NCBI GenBank assembly: GCA_026770705.1
Contig: JANJGN010000041.1
Span: 4,712,001 to 4,776,000, forward strand
Source: Isurus oxyrinchus
Taxonomy: Eukaryota
Length of the DNA: 64,000 nt
Direction of reading: 5' to 3'
Below the pieces are notes generated by a model that did not search any database, was not told where the DNA came from, and worked only from the letters and a program-made list of their open reading frames with translations. Below are positions 1 to 13,239 of this stretch, in pieces (position 1 is the first letter of the stretch; the number at the start of each line of letters is the position of its first letter). The translations under genes were made by a program, and so were the position numbers.

Positions 1-1949
1 ACCATTGAAAGCGGGTGACCTTTCATATCTGGGTAAGTTTGAAGGCGTCTGTTTAAGTGACACAAATGAGCTGCCCCCTTCGTATTTAGGATTCTATGGC
101 CAGCATGAGCAGGGACACTGGAAATGGAGCTATATTGCTCGGGTGCGGAGGAAATGCAAAGCAAAAAAGCAGGAAATGAAGAGACCCTGATATGTTCTCC
201 AGAAAACTAGAAGGCTGTGAAAAATGTTTCGGCAAATCTGTAAAATATTCAATTAATGCACTTTAGCGAATGCAGCACCGAGTCTGTGGAAGAGGGAAAA
301 ATCTACACAGGCTGATGAAATAGCAAATTCTTCTGATGCGCTTCCCAGTAAAGAATTAATATATGGTCCAACAAATTGGCGAGATACCCTATTCAACAAG
401 AAGACGATGGACATTCCTTTGGGAAAGGGGCCTGTGAAAATATTGGGCAGTGCCTATGTCTTCCAAACGATGATGAGAACGAAACTTTTCAGAAGACTTA
501 AACTCACTGGAGATTCCAAACGGAAAAATAGTTGAAACAAATTGCCTGGTTACATGAAAAATCTCTGATGCAGATTTATGATTCTGCTGCAATTTGTACG
601 GCGCAGAAAACGCACGCAAATTATGCAAGGAATGCGGCAGAGTCTGGAAACATCACAATGACAGATTGCAATGTGATCGAAATACTTAAGGAGCATTTTC
701 AAAACGCAACAAAATGAATTGAAACAAAGCGAATGTTCCCAGAATTGAAGGCACTGGATGATAAAAAAAAAACAGAGAGATAAATAAACAAAGTGAAGAA
801 AGAAAAGGGCAATCCGCGTTCATAGATATTATAGCAGTCGTTCAGCTCCAGTAGATCATTTCTCAGAGTTTCGTTGAAAACCTGCAAGGCTTTATGAACA
901 CATCAATGAATCTTTTCCGGGATTAATTGCCATTAGAGCAAAATTGGACTCTACCATACAAGGATATGCCCAATGCATCAAAACATAACACGCACTTGAC
1001 GATTTTCTTTGCTCTTCTATTAGAAATGAGATAATTTTGATAAAGGCGTTGCAGGTGAAAGAAATAAACGTTATTGTAATGGTACAGGCTGCAATAAACC
1101 TTGTGCTTATTCTATTCAGTACCCCGGGTCTGAGTGATGAAGATCAGATATTCCTTGTGTTCATTAAGTTGATCTGACTTCTGAAGATGTGAATCGAGTA
1201 GAGGATTTATTCATTTTATGCTGACTCAAGACAACAGTTGGCCAGGCCTGATGCTCTCAATGATGCGCCAGATAAGCTTGGCCTTCGCATCACTGACAGT
1301 AAGATGCAGGGACACCACAAACGGGTAAACATTAGGTGTCAGAAACGAGGCGTACAGGCCTGCTCCCTTCATCAAAAACCTCGAGGCTTGTTAACTCCAT
1401 GAGGCAACTCAACTTATCTCTGGTATTAGAAGTTATGGCAAAGTGCAGTGCTAAAACCATGACATTGATTCGGAATAGTGCACCGAAATTACATAATTAT
1501 TACAGTTTAAAATAGATGGCATATATTGAGAGCGGATGCTTTCTAAATAATGTGAAAGTCGTTGTCAGACTGCTGGTGGAATTTCGAGTGTAGAGTGGGA
1601 ATGAAATCTGTTACCAAACAGCTGAATTTAAATGGCATTGATTACACTTGCTGAAGAAGGTGAAAACTCAACCCTTAACATTAAGGCTCAGTCTACAATC
1701 AACGACAGAGTCGAAGCTTTCGAATTTTGCTTTGCAAAGGTTGAGTGGGACGACAGCATATTTGCATAAGCATTGTTCCCCAGACGATTCCATCTTTCGA
1801 AATGCAGTTTCAGGCTGCTTTCTCATTACGGCGAAATAGCGAAAATGAGAAGCAGGCTGCATAGCACTCTTAATAATTTAAGATATTATTTGCAAGAGCG
1901 GTTCTTTCATGAAACGTTGATGGGCCAATTTGTGAGTAGCTGGAAAACG

Positions 1950-4900
1950 GCAAATGGATCAGATATTGGTGGGAGTTGGTTTTAAGCCACCAAACAATGG
2001 TGCTAATTTGTGGCACAGTATATATCAAGAAATTCTAGCTGAATGTAACATGTTAATACAGGAAAATGAGAAACTTCAGTTTGCAAAATAAACGTGGTTA
2101 ACCAGATCAATACTAATATCCTGGTAGAGGAATTTATTGAATGTGTACTAGATTGGTTTCAGAACCAGTATGTTGACGAGCCGACTAGGAATCGAGCAAT
2201 GCAGATTTTAGTGCTCTGCCAAGTGAAAGACTCATGCTCCCAAGTAGTATTTTGGAAATAGTCACAATAAAGTGATAGAACTTCGCAATAAGTATGGCAG
2301 CAAAATGCCGATTTCTGAAACTCCGTTCTTCAATCTGGAGAAAGGAAACTATGAATGTAAGACAGGCAAGTTGGCAACGATGGATTGAGAAAGTATAGGA
2401 AAATATTTGCCAGTGGACAGGCAAAGGCGAGTATTTAAGCAAATAATGTCTACATCAGACATGCATTCATCGAACGCTCAAGCACATACACGGAAAGAAA
2501 TCACAAGCATTGTTACCAAATGAAGTTAAATGTTGCAGTACATGAAATTAAATTATGTGTCGAGACACAGGAAGAAAAGTGGTAAATCTGGGGGTTGTGG
2601 GAAATTTAGAACACAGCAAAGAGAGAACTAAGAAAGTTATTTAGAAATGGGAAGATAATAGAATGCAATCCAGCGAGGAACATAAAGAGCAAATCTGTGC
2701 AATTTACAAGTAGTTTCTGGAACGTTTACATGTGAATAGTGAAACAGCTTAGAAACGAAACAGTATTTTTTGCCAGTCGAAGACATAAAGGATATATCCA
2801 AGATAAGCTCGGCTACGAAGGAACTTGTGAAACGGGGCAGCGAAAAGAAATAAATAGTTTCAGTGAAAAGGGTAGTACTTTAAATGTGAACTGAATTGTA
2901 GGTTAAATAATGTGCTGGACTAGAATTCCTTCATCTCAAGAGTGCTGAAGGAGGAGGCTAAAGGAAAAATGGATGCTTTGGTTGTTTTCTTTCGAAAATC
3001 TTTAGCTTTTGGAAAGCCTCCAGCGCATTACAAATTATCAGAACTACCTGGAGAAACTCAGCATGTCTGGCAGGATCGATGGAGATCGAGTCCTCATGAC
3101 CCTTCAATAGAGCTAAGTGGAAATGGAAAAGCGGTGACACATAAATTGGTTTAAGGGGGGAGGGGAGAAAGCAGTGATGAGAGGAGATAACCAAAAGATG
3201 TCACAGACAAAAGAACAAAAAGGTGTCGAAGGTGCTGATAGTATCTAAAAGAATGTGCTACATAATAGGGAATGTGGGACAAGCAAGGTAGCTCTAGTGG
3301 GAGTGGGGTGAAATAAAAGATGGGTAGAATACATTTAAAAAATGGAAATAGTTGGGAAAAGAAAAATCTAGATAAATTATTCGAAAAAAAATAAAAGGGA
3401 GGGGGAAGAAATGGAAAGGGGGTGGGGATGGAGGAGGGAGTATAAGATCTAAAGTCGGTGAACTCAATATTCAGTCCGGAAGGCAGTAAAGTACCTAGTC
3501 GGAAGATGAGGTGCTGTTCATCCAATTTGCGTTGAGCTTCACTGGTCTCTCCAATGTAAAGGAAACTGCGTTGGGACCAATGAGTGCAGGAAGTTAATTT
3601 GGGGGATTTGCAAGTGAAATGCTGCTTAATTTGAAAGGAGTGTTTGGACCTTTGGACGTTGAGGAGAGACGAAGTGATGGAAGAGTGGTCTATGGTGTCA
3701 GGGAAGGAACGATCACTATGGAATGCCGAAAGGGGGTTTGAAGTGAAGTTTGATGGTCGTATCATGCTGGAGTTGATGGAAATGGCCGAGGATGATCCAT
3801 CAAGTGGGAAGGCTGGTGGGGTGTTCAAAAATGACAAGGCGGACCCTATCATGTTTCTGGTAGGCAGGAGAAGGCGTGAGGGCGAATGCAAATTATTAGA
3901 TGTTGCATCACGATTTAAGAATGGAATAAGCGTGAAGAGACTGTACTGCAGTCATGTTAGTTTGACATAAGTGGTCTGGAAAATGACAAAATCTCTTAGT
4001 ACAGATGCGATAACTTGGTATTTAGTAAATAATGGTAAAATTGCGCAGTTAAAAAGGGTATATGAAAGGGGAATCATATTAGACAGACAATTAAACAACT
4101 CACTGGATAAGGAAGTTCCTCAAATATTCACATTTCCAATGCTGTGAGGGCCCAACGCAGCAGTGGAAAATATAAAGCTGAACCATTCGCAAAAAAACTT
4201 CCTCTACAAGTACCGAGTCAATGACCCATCTTGGCCTCCTCTGTAGGTTCCCAAAATCAGACATGATAGACTTCAGCCAAATGTCTTCACTCTCCGTGAT
4301 ATCAGGAAGCCACTGAACCTCTGGATACTGCAAGACGATGAATATTGCTGCAATTGTTTGATTTCCATTTTTATAGAAAGATGTGAATGCATGGAAGCGC
4401 TTCAGAGAAGGCTCACTAGTTGTCACTTGGAATGAACGGGATGGCTTGTGAGGAAAGGTTAGGAAGATCGGAGTTGCCTGCACAACATTTTAGAGGAGGA
4501 AAGGGTGAAATACTTGAAGTGGATGCGAACCTGAAAACTTTTTTCAAGGCAGTGGGAAATTATTTTTCATTTTTTGGGTGAGACCTGAATTAGGCGACGT
4601 TTATTAAAAAATGCTTTGCTCTTTTAGGGTAGAGTTTATGAATTTGTGTGTTTTTATGTTTGTTTCTCCTCGAGGTTTATCTGACTGTCGAACTCTCTAC
4701 TTTAGAAGGTGGTGGAGACTCGATCACTGATATTGTTAAGATGGAGGACAAAATATTATTGCAAAGAAAAGGAATCAATCCTTAGCGGGTTGGTTTGGAA
4801 TATGTAACTCGAAACAACCAGATAATGAATGGACTATATGAATGGTGGAGAAGTCCGATGGTCCAAATAGCCTATGCCTGCTCATATCTTCTATGTTCGT
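1950..4900 (+). mobile_element. Old, fragmented CR1-clade LINE, interrupted by a PLE and by a short antisense LINE piece (duplicated at ~23220-26330)
   Basis: The duplicate copy translates EEFIECVLDWFQNQYVDEPTRNRAMQILVLC (end of CR1 endonuclease) and EALQRRLTRLSLGMNGMACEERLGR (CR1 ORF2 C-terminal motif). Many stops and frameshifts. Boundaries approximate. Confidence 0.7.
3039..3888 (-). mobile_element. 5'-truncated Penelope-like element (GIY-YIG endonuclease end + 3' UTR)
   Basis: Minus ORF 3151..3891 contains LYIGET...EAQRKLDEQHLIFRLGTLLPSGLNIEF, typical of a PLE GIY-YIG C-terminus. It is flanked by the direct repeat CAAATTAT (3031-3038, 3889-3896). It lacks 141 bp present in the duplicate copy. 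Confidence 0.85.
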
Positions 4901-5953
4901 ATGTTCCTAATCGTGACGACATGGACGAATCTGATCACAACAATATAAACTTTCAATTTAAGTTGTTGTGAGAGCGAATGAGTTCAGTGAGCACAAAGCG
5001 GTGAGGGTGAATTTAGTTTCATGAGAGTTTATATATAGCCTGCACAGTTTTTCGTGAGTTTTGACCATACAGTTTTGTAACTGGTTGTTGCCAGGAAAAT
5101 CATTACAAACATTGAGCCTGGATTTCACGAAAAGGACACGTGAGGCCTTGAGCAACAGATGGTTGGAGTAAATGTTCTGATATAGTGTGGAGGATCGAGT
5201 ATAAAGCACTGAGTGAGTGTGATGATATGGACCGCATGTTAATCAAAGCCAAATAGATCACAGAGGTTCTGACCTGTCTGTTTCAGCATCAGATATTGTC
5301 CAGACACTCGTTCAGGAGCAAATATTGATTAGAAATGAGGAGAATTACCGCCATCTTCACAATCTTGAGAAACACCGACTGTATTGCAATGAATCATTGA
5401 TTTCTGGCATCGCATCTAGATACAATGGTTTACCAGGAAGTACGCCAAAGCAAAGATGGGAGAGTAAGATAACAAGATCTCTATTAAGATAAGAATGGGT
5501 TGTTGAAGTAATAACTGATTGCAGAGATTCATAAAAAAAGACAAAACAGGGCAGATTAAACTGCTACAAGAGTGAGAGCATCAGACATCGTTCTACAATC
5601 TTACTGGGGCAAAAACAATAGCCACGATAACGAATACATGTATTAAAGCACTAGTCGGAAATGGATCTGTTTGGCTTAGTTAACGACGAATCATATCCAG
5701 AAATAACATTCAAAAAATGTAAGATAATACGCTGTCCCTTGTTTGTACATTCCGTCTCTTGTTCCCATATCGACTGTATTGTGTAACTATCGAACCAATT
5801 GATCTCAGATTCAGATCCAGTTTTGCAACATTCAAATCTATTGTTCCCAGACTCAGATCTGTGCAGGCAAACTAGGTAAATGTTGGTCGAAAATGGAAAT
5901 CCAACGGCAAAGTGGAATCTCATTGACTCCCCTAGAATGCAATGGCAGCCATG

Positions 5954-6025
5954 TTTTCCTGAGTATAGTGGTGAGTGTCCCTACCTTCCACACGGGGGAC
6001 CAGGGCTCAATTCACCACTGTGGAG
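5954..6025 (+). pseudogene. tRNA-Asp-derived pseudogene
   Basis: AGTATAGTGGTGAGTGTCCCTACCTTCCACACGGGGGACCAGGGCTCAATTC aligns without gaps to the vertebrate tRNA-Asp(GTC) consensus. The anticodon is mutated to TCC and the stems are broken. Confidence 0.8.
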
Positions 6026-7262
6026 AAAATTTGTTGTTTGGATTGTGCGCTGCAGAAGAAGTGCTCACGGTTTTGGTTAGCAAATCGGATTTCATTTCTG
6101 CATGATGATCGAGCTAAAGATCACCTCCTCATCAATTGGGACAGAAGGCAGTTTTGCAAATGTACATCATGAATAATGTTTCTGGAAAGATCCCCTGTGG
6201 GCAACGTCCCTTCAATTCATCATGCTGCCTGCTTCCACTTTGTAGACGTCGCAACGTTTACCCAAAATAACGCTTCCCATTGTTTATTCAGGGCAATTAT
6301 ATAAAAAAAACATGCTTTAGAATCGACAAGTGCAAAAGTTACCCCACACTTTGCGGTAAACAATAAGGTCAACATAATTCACATCCCGACCACGATTGAA
6401 CATCCGGGGGTCACTGATGTCAATAGGTTCCAGGCAGGATCACAGCTCCACCTCGCCTGTACCCGAAGATGTGGGAGCCTTAAGTAAGATTAGGATGGCC
6501 AGAGTGCCACTGCAATGTACGCAATGTGTTTCAGTAAGCTCCAAACAGGCAAAATCACCAAAGAAAAACATTTGAATGCATGGTAATTTTCATTTCGCAC
6601 TCCACCCTTCTTTCAATTCATTCCTAAATTGGTACATTACTTATGGCATGTGAACACTTCCTTGCAGCACTTAAAATTCGATTGGAAGGAAATAACAACT
6701 TGTGTGCAGTCACCAGAAAAAGGCTAAGGTAATCACATGTATACACACAGTTTCTCCAAGAATCCCGTGGTTCTGTCAGCATCGCATCAAGTCTTTGTCA
6801 CCTGGTAACTCGACTTCAATTAAAGTTCCGGCTGCCAAATGAGCCTGGATTTTGAAAGCCGCTCACTGAACTCTGCAGAACACGCTGTGCTTAAAGGTGA
6901 GATATGCTTTTTCAGCTTTGTATGCAGCCCGAGTTATGCATGGCTTCTTCCTCCTAACTAAGAGTTCCTGTCCCAGGTGTGACGTGCAAATGTCCAAAAT
7001 GTTCACTGGGCGAGAAAACCGTCAGTTTTCACAGAAACCCAAATTGTTGGAAAAACACAGCGGGCCTGAAAGCATCTGTCGAAAGAAATACACGGTTTAC
7101 TTCAGGAGTCCGTGTGGCACTTCTTAAAAACGGTAATTTGTCAACTGTGTTTGGACGTGTTTGCATGTGTTGCCATAGGAAAGCGATCCCAACTCATTTC
7201 TGCACTGCTCCTTAAGCAGTTAACATTCAGTTTGAAATGAAAACAGCCGTGTGGATACCTAT

Positions 7263-7516
7263 ATATAAAAACAAAAATCTGCGGATGCTAGAAATACAAA
7301 ACAAAAACAGAATTACCTGGTAAAACTCAGCAGGTCTGGCAACATCGGCGGAGAAGAAAAGAGTTGACGTTTCGAGACCTCATGACCCTTCGAAGGGTCA
7401 TGAGGACTCGAAAAGTCAACTCTTTTCTTCGGTCTTGAGGACTCGAAACGTCAACTCTTTTCTTCTCCACCGATGCAGCCAGACCTGCTGAGTTTTTTCC
7501 AGGTAACTCTGTTTTG
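7263..7516. mobile_element. Mini fold-back PLE insertion (imperfect palindrome of the PLE 3' end)
   Basis: Symmetry centre CCCTTCGAAGGG (7386-7397). A ~35-bp tandem duplication sits in the right arm (7396-7430/7431-7465). An unpaired tail lies on the left. Diverged TSD GTGTGGATACCTAT (7249-7262) / GTGTCGATAACTAT (7517-7530). Confidence 0.88.
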
Positions 7517-7799
7517 GTGTCGATAACTATCCTGTTGTGTTGTAAGCAAATGAATTACAGCGTTGCCCCGGTCCCCAATCCTCCATCCCCACAGAGCTTT
7601 TCGCCTGAAGCCGGCCTGTGAACCCCATATTTGAGTACCAGGTTTGCAGTGCGCTGGGTGTAGGCTACATATGGCACAGCCACACCACATTGCTTTTAGC
7701 AAGGTGCTATCAGGACCTCATGTACTGGGAACCAGATTGGCCTTGAGATTTCAGACATTCTGTAGTGGAGCTTCCTGTGCTCACCATGTGTGGCATTTT

Positions 7800-8660
7800 G
7801 GTACATAGGCATATTCCAAATGAACTGCAAGACCTACCCAGAGAACCGGGCCTCTAATGAACATATTTCCGAAAGCAGGCATGCAGCACTTTGCAAGATT
7901 ATCGGTTTTGCGGATTTTGCCCTGCCAAGAACAGTTGGAAATGGTTCACCGGCAGTGAGTTTGTAAATTTTCATTGGCTTTCTATGAGGCTGAAAGGATA
8001 TGCAAGTCTTGCACTGACATCAAAGTGAATTAAAACAAACTGCCTGGCTGGCCTTGAGCTACCATCTGAGGATTTGCAGAACTCAGTGAGTGAAGCCTGC
8101 CATGTGCTGATCTTGTTTTTGTCAGGCGGTATTTAATTTGCCCATCCAGTTAGTGGCCTTGGAGTGCTTTCTGCCGAATTATCAAACTTCCGCAATGAAC
8201 AGAGGGGTGCGTTATTCAAAGCGGCTCTGGTATCTTGGAACACATGACCAGCAACGGTTTTTAACAGCATCTCTATCCTCAGTTATATTGTCAATTGAAA
8301 ACATTCTGAGTTTGCAGCAAAGCGCTCGCACGCAGCTGACTGCCTCCGTGTACTGACATATGAAAGGCCATTGGTCCGTGAATACGACTTCCCTCTGTAG
8401 CTACCCAGTAGCATCTCTGCAAGGTTTTATACTTGGCTCTTTGAAAAGGCTGCCAGTGGTCCTGAAATGAATGTGTAATCCTGTGTCAAGCTCTTTGACC
8501 GCATTCTTAGACAAACATCGACAAATATATGACAAACAGAGCTGGAGATATTAAACAGCCTTAAATGGTGCCACAAGTGGCATGAAATGGGTTCACACAG
8601 AGAACCACTTTGCATCGCTCTGATTATGACGCCATCGTCATGAAGTGAATGACACTGATC
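7800..8660 (-). mobile_element. Degenerate RTE-clade LINE fragment
   Basis: The minus strand near 8440-8510 reads KNAVKELDTGLHIHFRTTGSLF, resembling the RTE RT motif GxxIxFRTDGSLFN. Boundaries approximate. Confidence 0.5.
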
Positions 8661-10079
8661 ATCTGCTCAGGGCTGTTGCATATTCATGGCTGAGTTGGAT
8701 GTTTTATTGACCAATAAGGGAGACTAGGATCATGAGGATGTACGTGTGTGCTGTGAGGGAGGTGACTGAGCGGGCCAGCGGAAGTTGCTGTTTGGGGGAG
8801 AGCAGGCAGGATAGCGGGGCTGAGGCCACGATCGGATAAACCATGAATTTTCCGATTTGCAGAACAGGCACAATGGGCTGACATTTAACTATTCTGTTTT
8901 AGGTGTTTGTTGAAATGCAACCCACACCAAAGCAGCAGGCGCCATTGATTGGGATTCATTGTAATCAGTGTTTCCATCTGCAAACGATTGTCTAAATAAT
9001 ACATTTCAGGGCGAGGCGATTTCGGTGCGGAATGCCTTCCCAGCGATGTGCTATATATATCCCATTATTTTATTCAAAACATTGTTTTTCATTCACTTCA
9101 AGCATCACTCTGGATGGAGTATGTGTGTGCGTGAGCAGGAGGATTGGATGGCACGGGGAAGCGTTACTGAGGCTGGATAGGGCTGGATTGTCTTGAACGC
9201 ATTATGTTGAAATATTTCGGTTGGGAATACAAAAGCCTTCTCCATACACTTTCTATTGCACATCAGGTCACCACCAATACCAACTTCCCAGGCCCTACGG
9301 TTGTGTTTATAATTTCCAGTCATAATGGTGTAGATTAATGTGCAATGAAAGAGAATGTCAGTCAAGTCACCGACCAAAGTGTCAGTGCCACAGGAATCCA
9401 CAAAGCGATTTGGGCAGTGTATGAGTTCCATCTGGAAGCTTAAATGTCAAAGACAAACATCACACATGTGCCCCGTTGGAACATGGAATGTGTCCCGAAA
9501 CACATGACAGTGGTGGACATCTGAAATTTCCCCCATGACCTCTGCTGGCAATTCAGGCCAATTGAGTTTCTTAAAATTATTTTGATCTAAATTAGTAACG
9601 ATTTGATTCCCAACATCGCTATTCAGGTCAATCACTTCCCGCCGTGACTGTCCAATATGGGATCTACCCAGTGCTCGTTAAAATATAACCCCTTCAAATT
9701 TTTGACCGCACACATCATTCCAATGTTCGACTTTTCACTTCGATAAGGTTCCTTTCAGAAGGAGAGTGACTGACGTAACCTGTTTGTTCAATGACTGAAA
9801 TTAATTAATTTCTTTAGGGGACATGATTGTGCTCATGGGGATTTATCTGCCGTCTACATAACTGTTTCTCTGAATGTCACATTTCTTGTTTCGCAAAAGG
9901 GCAGTGCATCTGTTTCAACAGGAGTTAGCTCTTCTGACAGTGGGTTTAATTTTTTGTACTTCTTCAGATACCTGGGCCATTTAGAGACACATTCTCGAAG
10001 CTCTCAGTTTCCGATGTACATTTATGAACATGCTCTCGGAATAACAATGTAAATTTCTGTCCCTATTTCCATTCATGGA

Positions 10080-10350
10080 TGATCGCAACACTGGCAAGGC
10101 CAGCATTTATTGCCCATCTCTAATTTCACTTGTGAAGCGGGTGGTGAGCTGCTGCGGTCCTTGTGCTGTAGTTACATCCACGGTATTAGTATGGGGGAGC
10201 TATTAATTTGACACAGGGACAGTGAAGGAACGGCGATATTTTTACCAAATCCGGACGATGAGTGGCTTGGAGAGGAACATTCAGCGAGTGGCTTTCCCAT
10301 GTACATGTTGCCTTTGTCTTTCCACATCGTAGCGGTCGTGGTTTTGATTA
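10080..10350 (-). mobile_element. HER1-like LINE 3' end fragment
   Basis: CTGGCAAGGCCAGCATTTATTGCCCATCTCTAAT... is the reverse complement of the tail type that ends the LINE at 50590-52625. Confidence 0.6.
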
Positions 10351-10602
10351 GTTAACTAATGGGCTGCATTTTAGGTAAAGGTAGCAACTTTTCTCTGATC
10401 CCTGTTACGAATGCTATCTTGTCAGTTTTAACATGATGCTCTAGAACAATTAACGTGGCATCTCTTCCGAATCTCTTGTGTTTGTAACGTGTTTCCCTTA
10501 TTTCCCTGCGATGAATTTAAAAAGAGGATTTCTACGCTTCAGCTCCCAAGTTCATTCCATCTTGTGCATCCATCTCTGCAGGAAAGACATCTCCTCTTAA
10601 AG

Positions 10603-10672
10603 ATGGGAGAACTGATACTTCATCAGATAGAAGCCATTTATTATCCTATTCTCGCGGCTATTGGCGTTCCTG
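10603..10672 (+). CDS. GPR139/GPR142-like class A GPCR, coding exon 1 (MGELILHQIEAIYYPILAAIGVP)
   Basis: ATG in AAGATGG context, 23 codons + 1 nt, then the donor CCTG|GTAAGA. It supplies the first half of TM1, which exon 2 lacks. Phase 1 matches exon 2 (G+TT = Val, giving GVPVN). Confidence 0.9.
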
Positions 10673-11829
10673 GTAAGAACCTAAACACAACCATTACCTG
10701 TATAAATTAATGTTGACGTTCTTCTCAAAGGACGGTTCCAATAATATATGAATAGTTTATTTAATGTTGGGCAGTCATCGAAGAAGGGATGTATGTTTAA
10801 CCATAACGTTAACAGGTTTCTTCCTGTTGGTCTATCATTCACTCCGTGGTCCCCAAATCTGACACCATATTCATGCTTTAGGGAATGCCTTGTGGGCTCT
10901 GCAATAATTATCAAAATCAAGTGCAAACCCAGTTTGAACTGGTAGAAAACACCATCTATGAAAATCTGTGCAGAGGCAAATTCGTATTCTGAAAAATTAT
11001 GCATGAAATACTTCAAGTCTTTGCCAGTGCTTTTCGTCCATTTTCCAATATTTAAAAGAAAGGGATCCCTGTCAAATCAAATAGTTATTGCGACAGCAAT
11101 ACTTGTACAAATCTGTAGGCAGAGACGATTTCTGGAAGTTCTCGTGAAAAACATTAGTGTGTGTGCTGAAGACATTTGATGTCTAAATAATTTGTCTGTT
11201 GAAATACATGCATTTCTACAGCCTCATTTATTGAACCTAATGAATGTACATTTGGTGTACTCACTGAAGTACCGCAAAAGGTGAAAGGCAATTTTTGGTC
11301 GGGAAGCTTGCACCAGCAGCAAGTTGACAATGACCGAATGATCCGTTTTGTAGGCTTTAGCAGATGTTTAAATAGTGGTCAGGACATAAGGGCTACGACA
11401 ATGTTGTTCTTTAAAATAGGGGCATGGAATATTTGACGTTTACCTTGTGCAATGATCTGACATCTGTTCTGAAAGTTACTACTGCCGATAGTGCAGAACT
11501 ACTTCACTACGGCCACTGGACCATTATCCCAGAATTTTGTTTTCAATTACTGATGCATGACGTAAGTAATCAAACATCTATCTCAGCATGGAGATTGCTA
11601 ACTCAGACATAAGTGGTCCGACTTCTGAACATCTATGCAACCCGAGTAGTTGTCACATTCTCATTATTCTGCTCACATCAATTTCTAGCCATCCACTTCC
11701 TGCTGTTGAAAACGCTGCTTCCAAATAAACTGATTTACATTGAGAATTGGAGTGGATTGATATTAAGCATTGTCAGAATACCCTGCTGCCTTTGGAAACT
11801 CACATTGCCAGGTTACATAGTGGCAATGA

Positions 11830-12550
11830 CAGAGGGATATAGGAGCATAGGAAATACGAGTAGAATTTGACCATTTGGCAACACGAGGGTGCCCCACTAC
11901 TAAAGTATATCTTAGCTGAAATTATGCCTCCACAGCATTCCGTGCACTATCTTAAATTTTTGGATGCATTTAATATTGCGAAATCGGATCATTGACACCT
12001 TCAATATACTCAATGAATGCCCATGTGCCGAAGATGCAGTACATAATTTCGAACATTTACCCTTCCCTGAATGACGAATTCTTCCTAATCTCAGTTCTAA
12101 ATGCAAACCTCTTATCCTGATTTTGCTTTTCCTGGTTTTAGACACAACCGCCAGGTGAAATATGCATGCAAGATCTACATCACCAGAACTTATCAGAACT
12201 TTGAATTCTGCAGTGAGGTCTCTTCTCATTTCCCAATGCTTCAGAAAGCAGAGGATGAGGCTCGTCAAAGTCTCCACAAAGGACAATACCAGATAAAACC
12301 CAGTAATCCAACAAGTAACCAGTTCAAAATTCCTTGTCGCAGAGCTACAGCAACACCTGATGAAACCTACACCAAAGGAGCAGAATGGAATGTTTGACCG
12401 GCACCACAAACATCACCATCAACACTCCACATGACAATTGCAAAGTTGGGGATACTCTGGCTTGGGTTTACAAATTATTGTTGCACAAATCAGCTAAAGC
12501 TGATTATCCACAGTGCCTCCTGAATGCCCACTTTTGAGTTGTTAATCAAT
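11830..12550 (-). mobile_element. CR1 LINE 3' fragment in the GPCR intron
   Basis: The minus strand gives a decayed CR1 3' region (LEMRRDLTAEFKVL...KTRKSKIRIRGL) and a CR1-type terminus near 11840-11880. Confidence 0.55.
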
Positions 12551-12559
12551 GTGAAATCT

Positions 12560-12960
12560 ACCCCAATTTGCACAATGGTTGTCTCACGCAGTATGATGGA
12601 GGGAAGCCCTGATGTGAGGAGGAATTATTCTGCACAAGGACCGCGCGGTGCTTAACCCTATCAATCCTTTAATGGACAGATGCACATGTGGTGGGTAGCT
12701 TGTTGGAGCGAATTCACTTAGATTTTTGCATCTGGTTGGTTCCTTCGTCATCTGCTAAATTCCAGTCTAGAAGTTATCTTTTTACCTCGGCCAGCTCGGC
12801 CATTATTAAGTCTACAGATCCCCTCTTACTCACAGATATCGAGGTGCCCGTTGTAAAGCTTTTTTTCTTGTCAAGCTCCAAAACGTGGGCCATTGAAGAC
12901 CATCGATTCTTTCGCTACACAGCAGGAGGGGACAGTCATTGTCCATATGGTACGTGACGT
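12560..12960 (-). mobile_element. Possible highly decayed LTR-retroelement RT remnant
   Basis: The minus strand reads PYGQ*LSPPAV...MAHVL...SVDLIMAE, loosely matching PQG..NSPAVF...YVDDILIA. Weak. Confidence 0.3.
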
Positions 12961-13239
12961 CATTGATTTCATTTCAGTACCACGTGCTCTCAAGGATATT
13001 TAAAATGATGCAAACTGAACGTGTTGCAAAATGCTATTTAGGAATGCAATAATACAGTTGAGCGATATCGAAAAATTCGGTGGATATTTCACCTTTTAGA
13101 TTAGATTATTTCACTCAGATTTTTGCTGATGATTCATATGAACTTTAAAGCAGTAAGAGGAATTATCATATATAGAAAAACAGCATGAATAATTAAGTTC
13201 ACGGAATGATTGCAAATCAAGCAGTCTGCTGTGTCCTGG

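Larger units (their letters stand above)
1..7367 (+). repeat. Segmental duplication, copy 1 (left end lies outside the window)
   Basis: Colinear and near-identical to 21273-28784 (offset 21272 at the start). About 14 differences in the first 600 bp by eye, plus small indels. The ORF track repeats accordingly (5..190 = 21277..21462). Confidence 0.97.

Noticed and set aside
3151-3891. 246-aa minus ORF as a host gene
   Set aside because: It is a chimera of PLE frames, the GIY-YIG end and the 3' UTR, lengthened by an in-frame deletion. It is broken in the duplicate copy.
5954-6025. Functional anticodon-switched tRNA (Asp to Gly, TCC)
   Set aside because: The acceptor and anticodon stems and the B box are disrupted, so this is decay rather than recoding.
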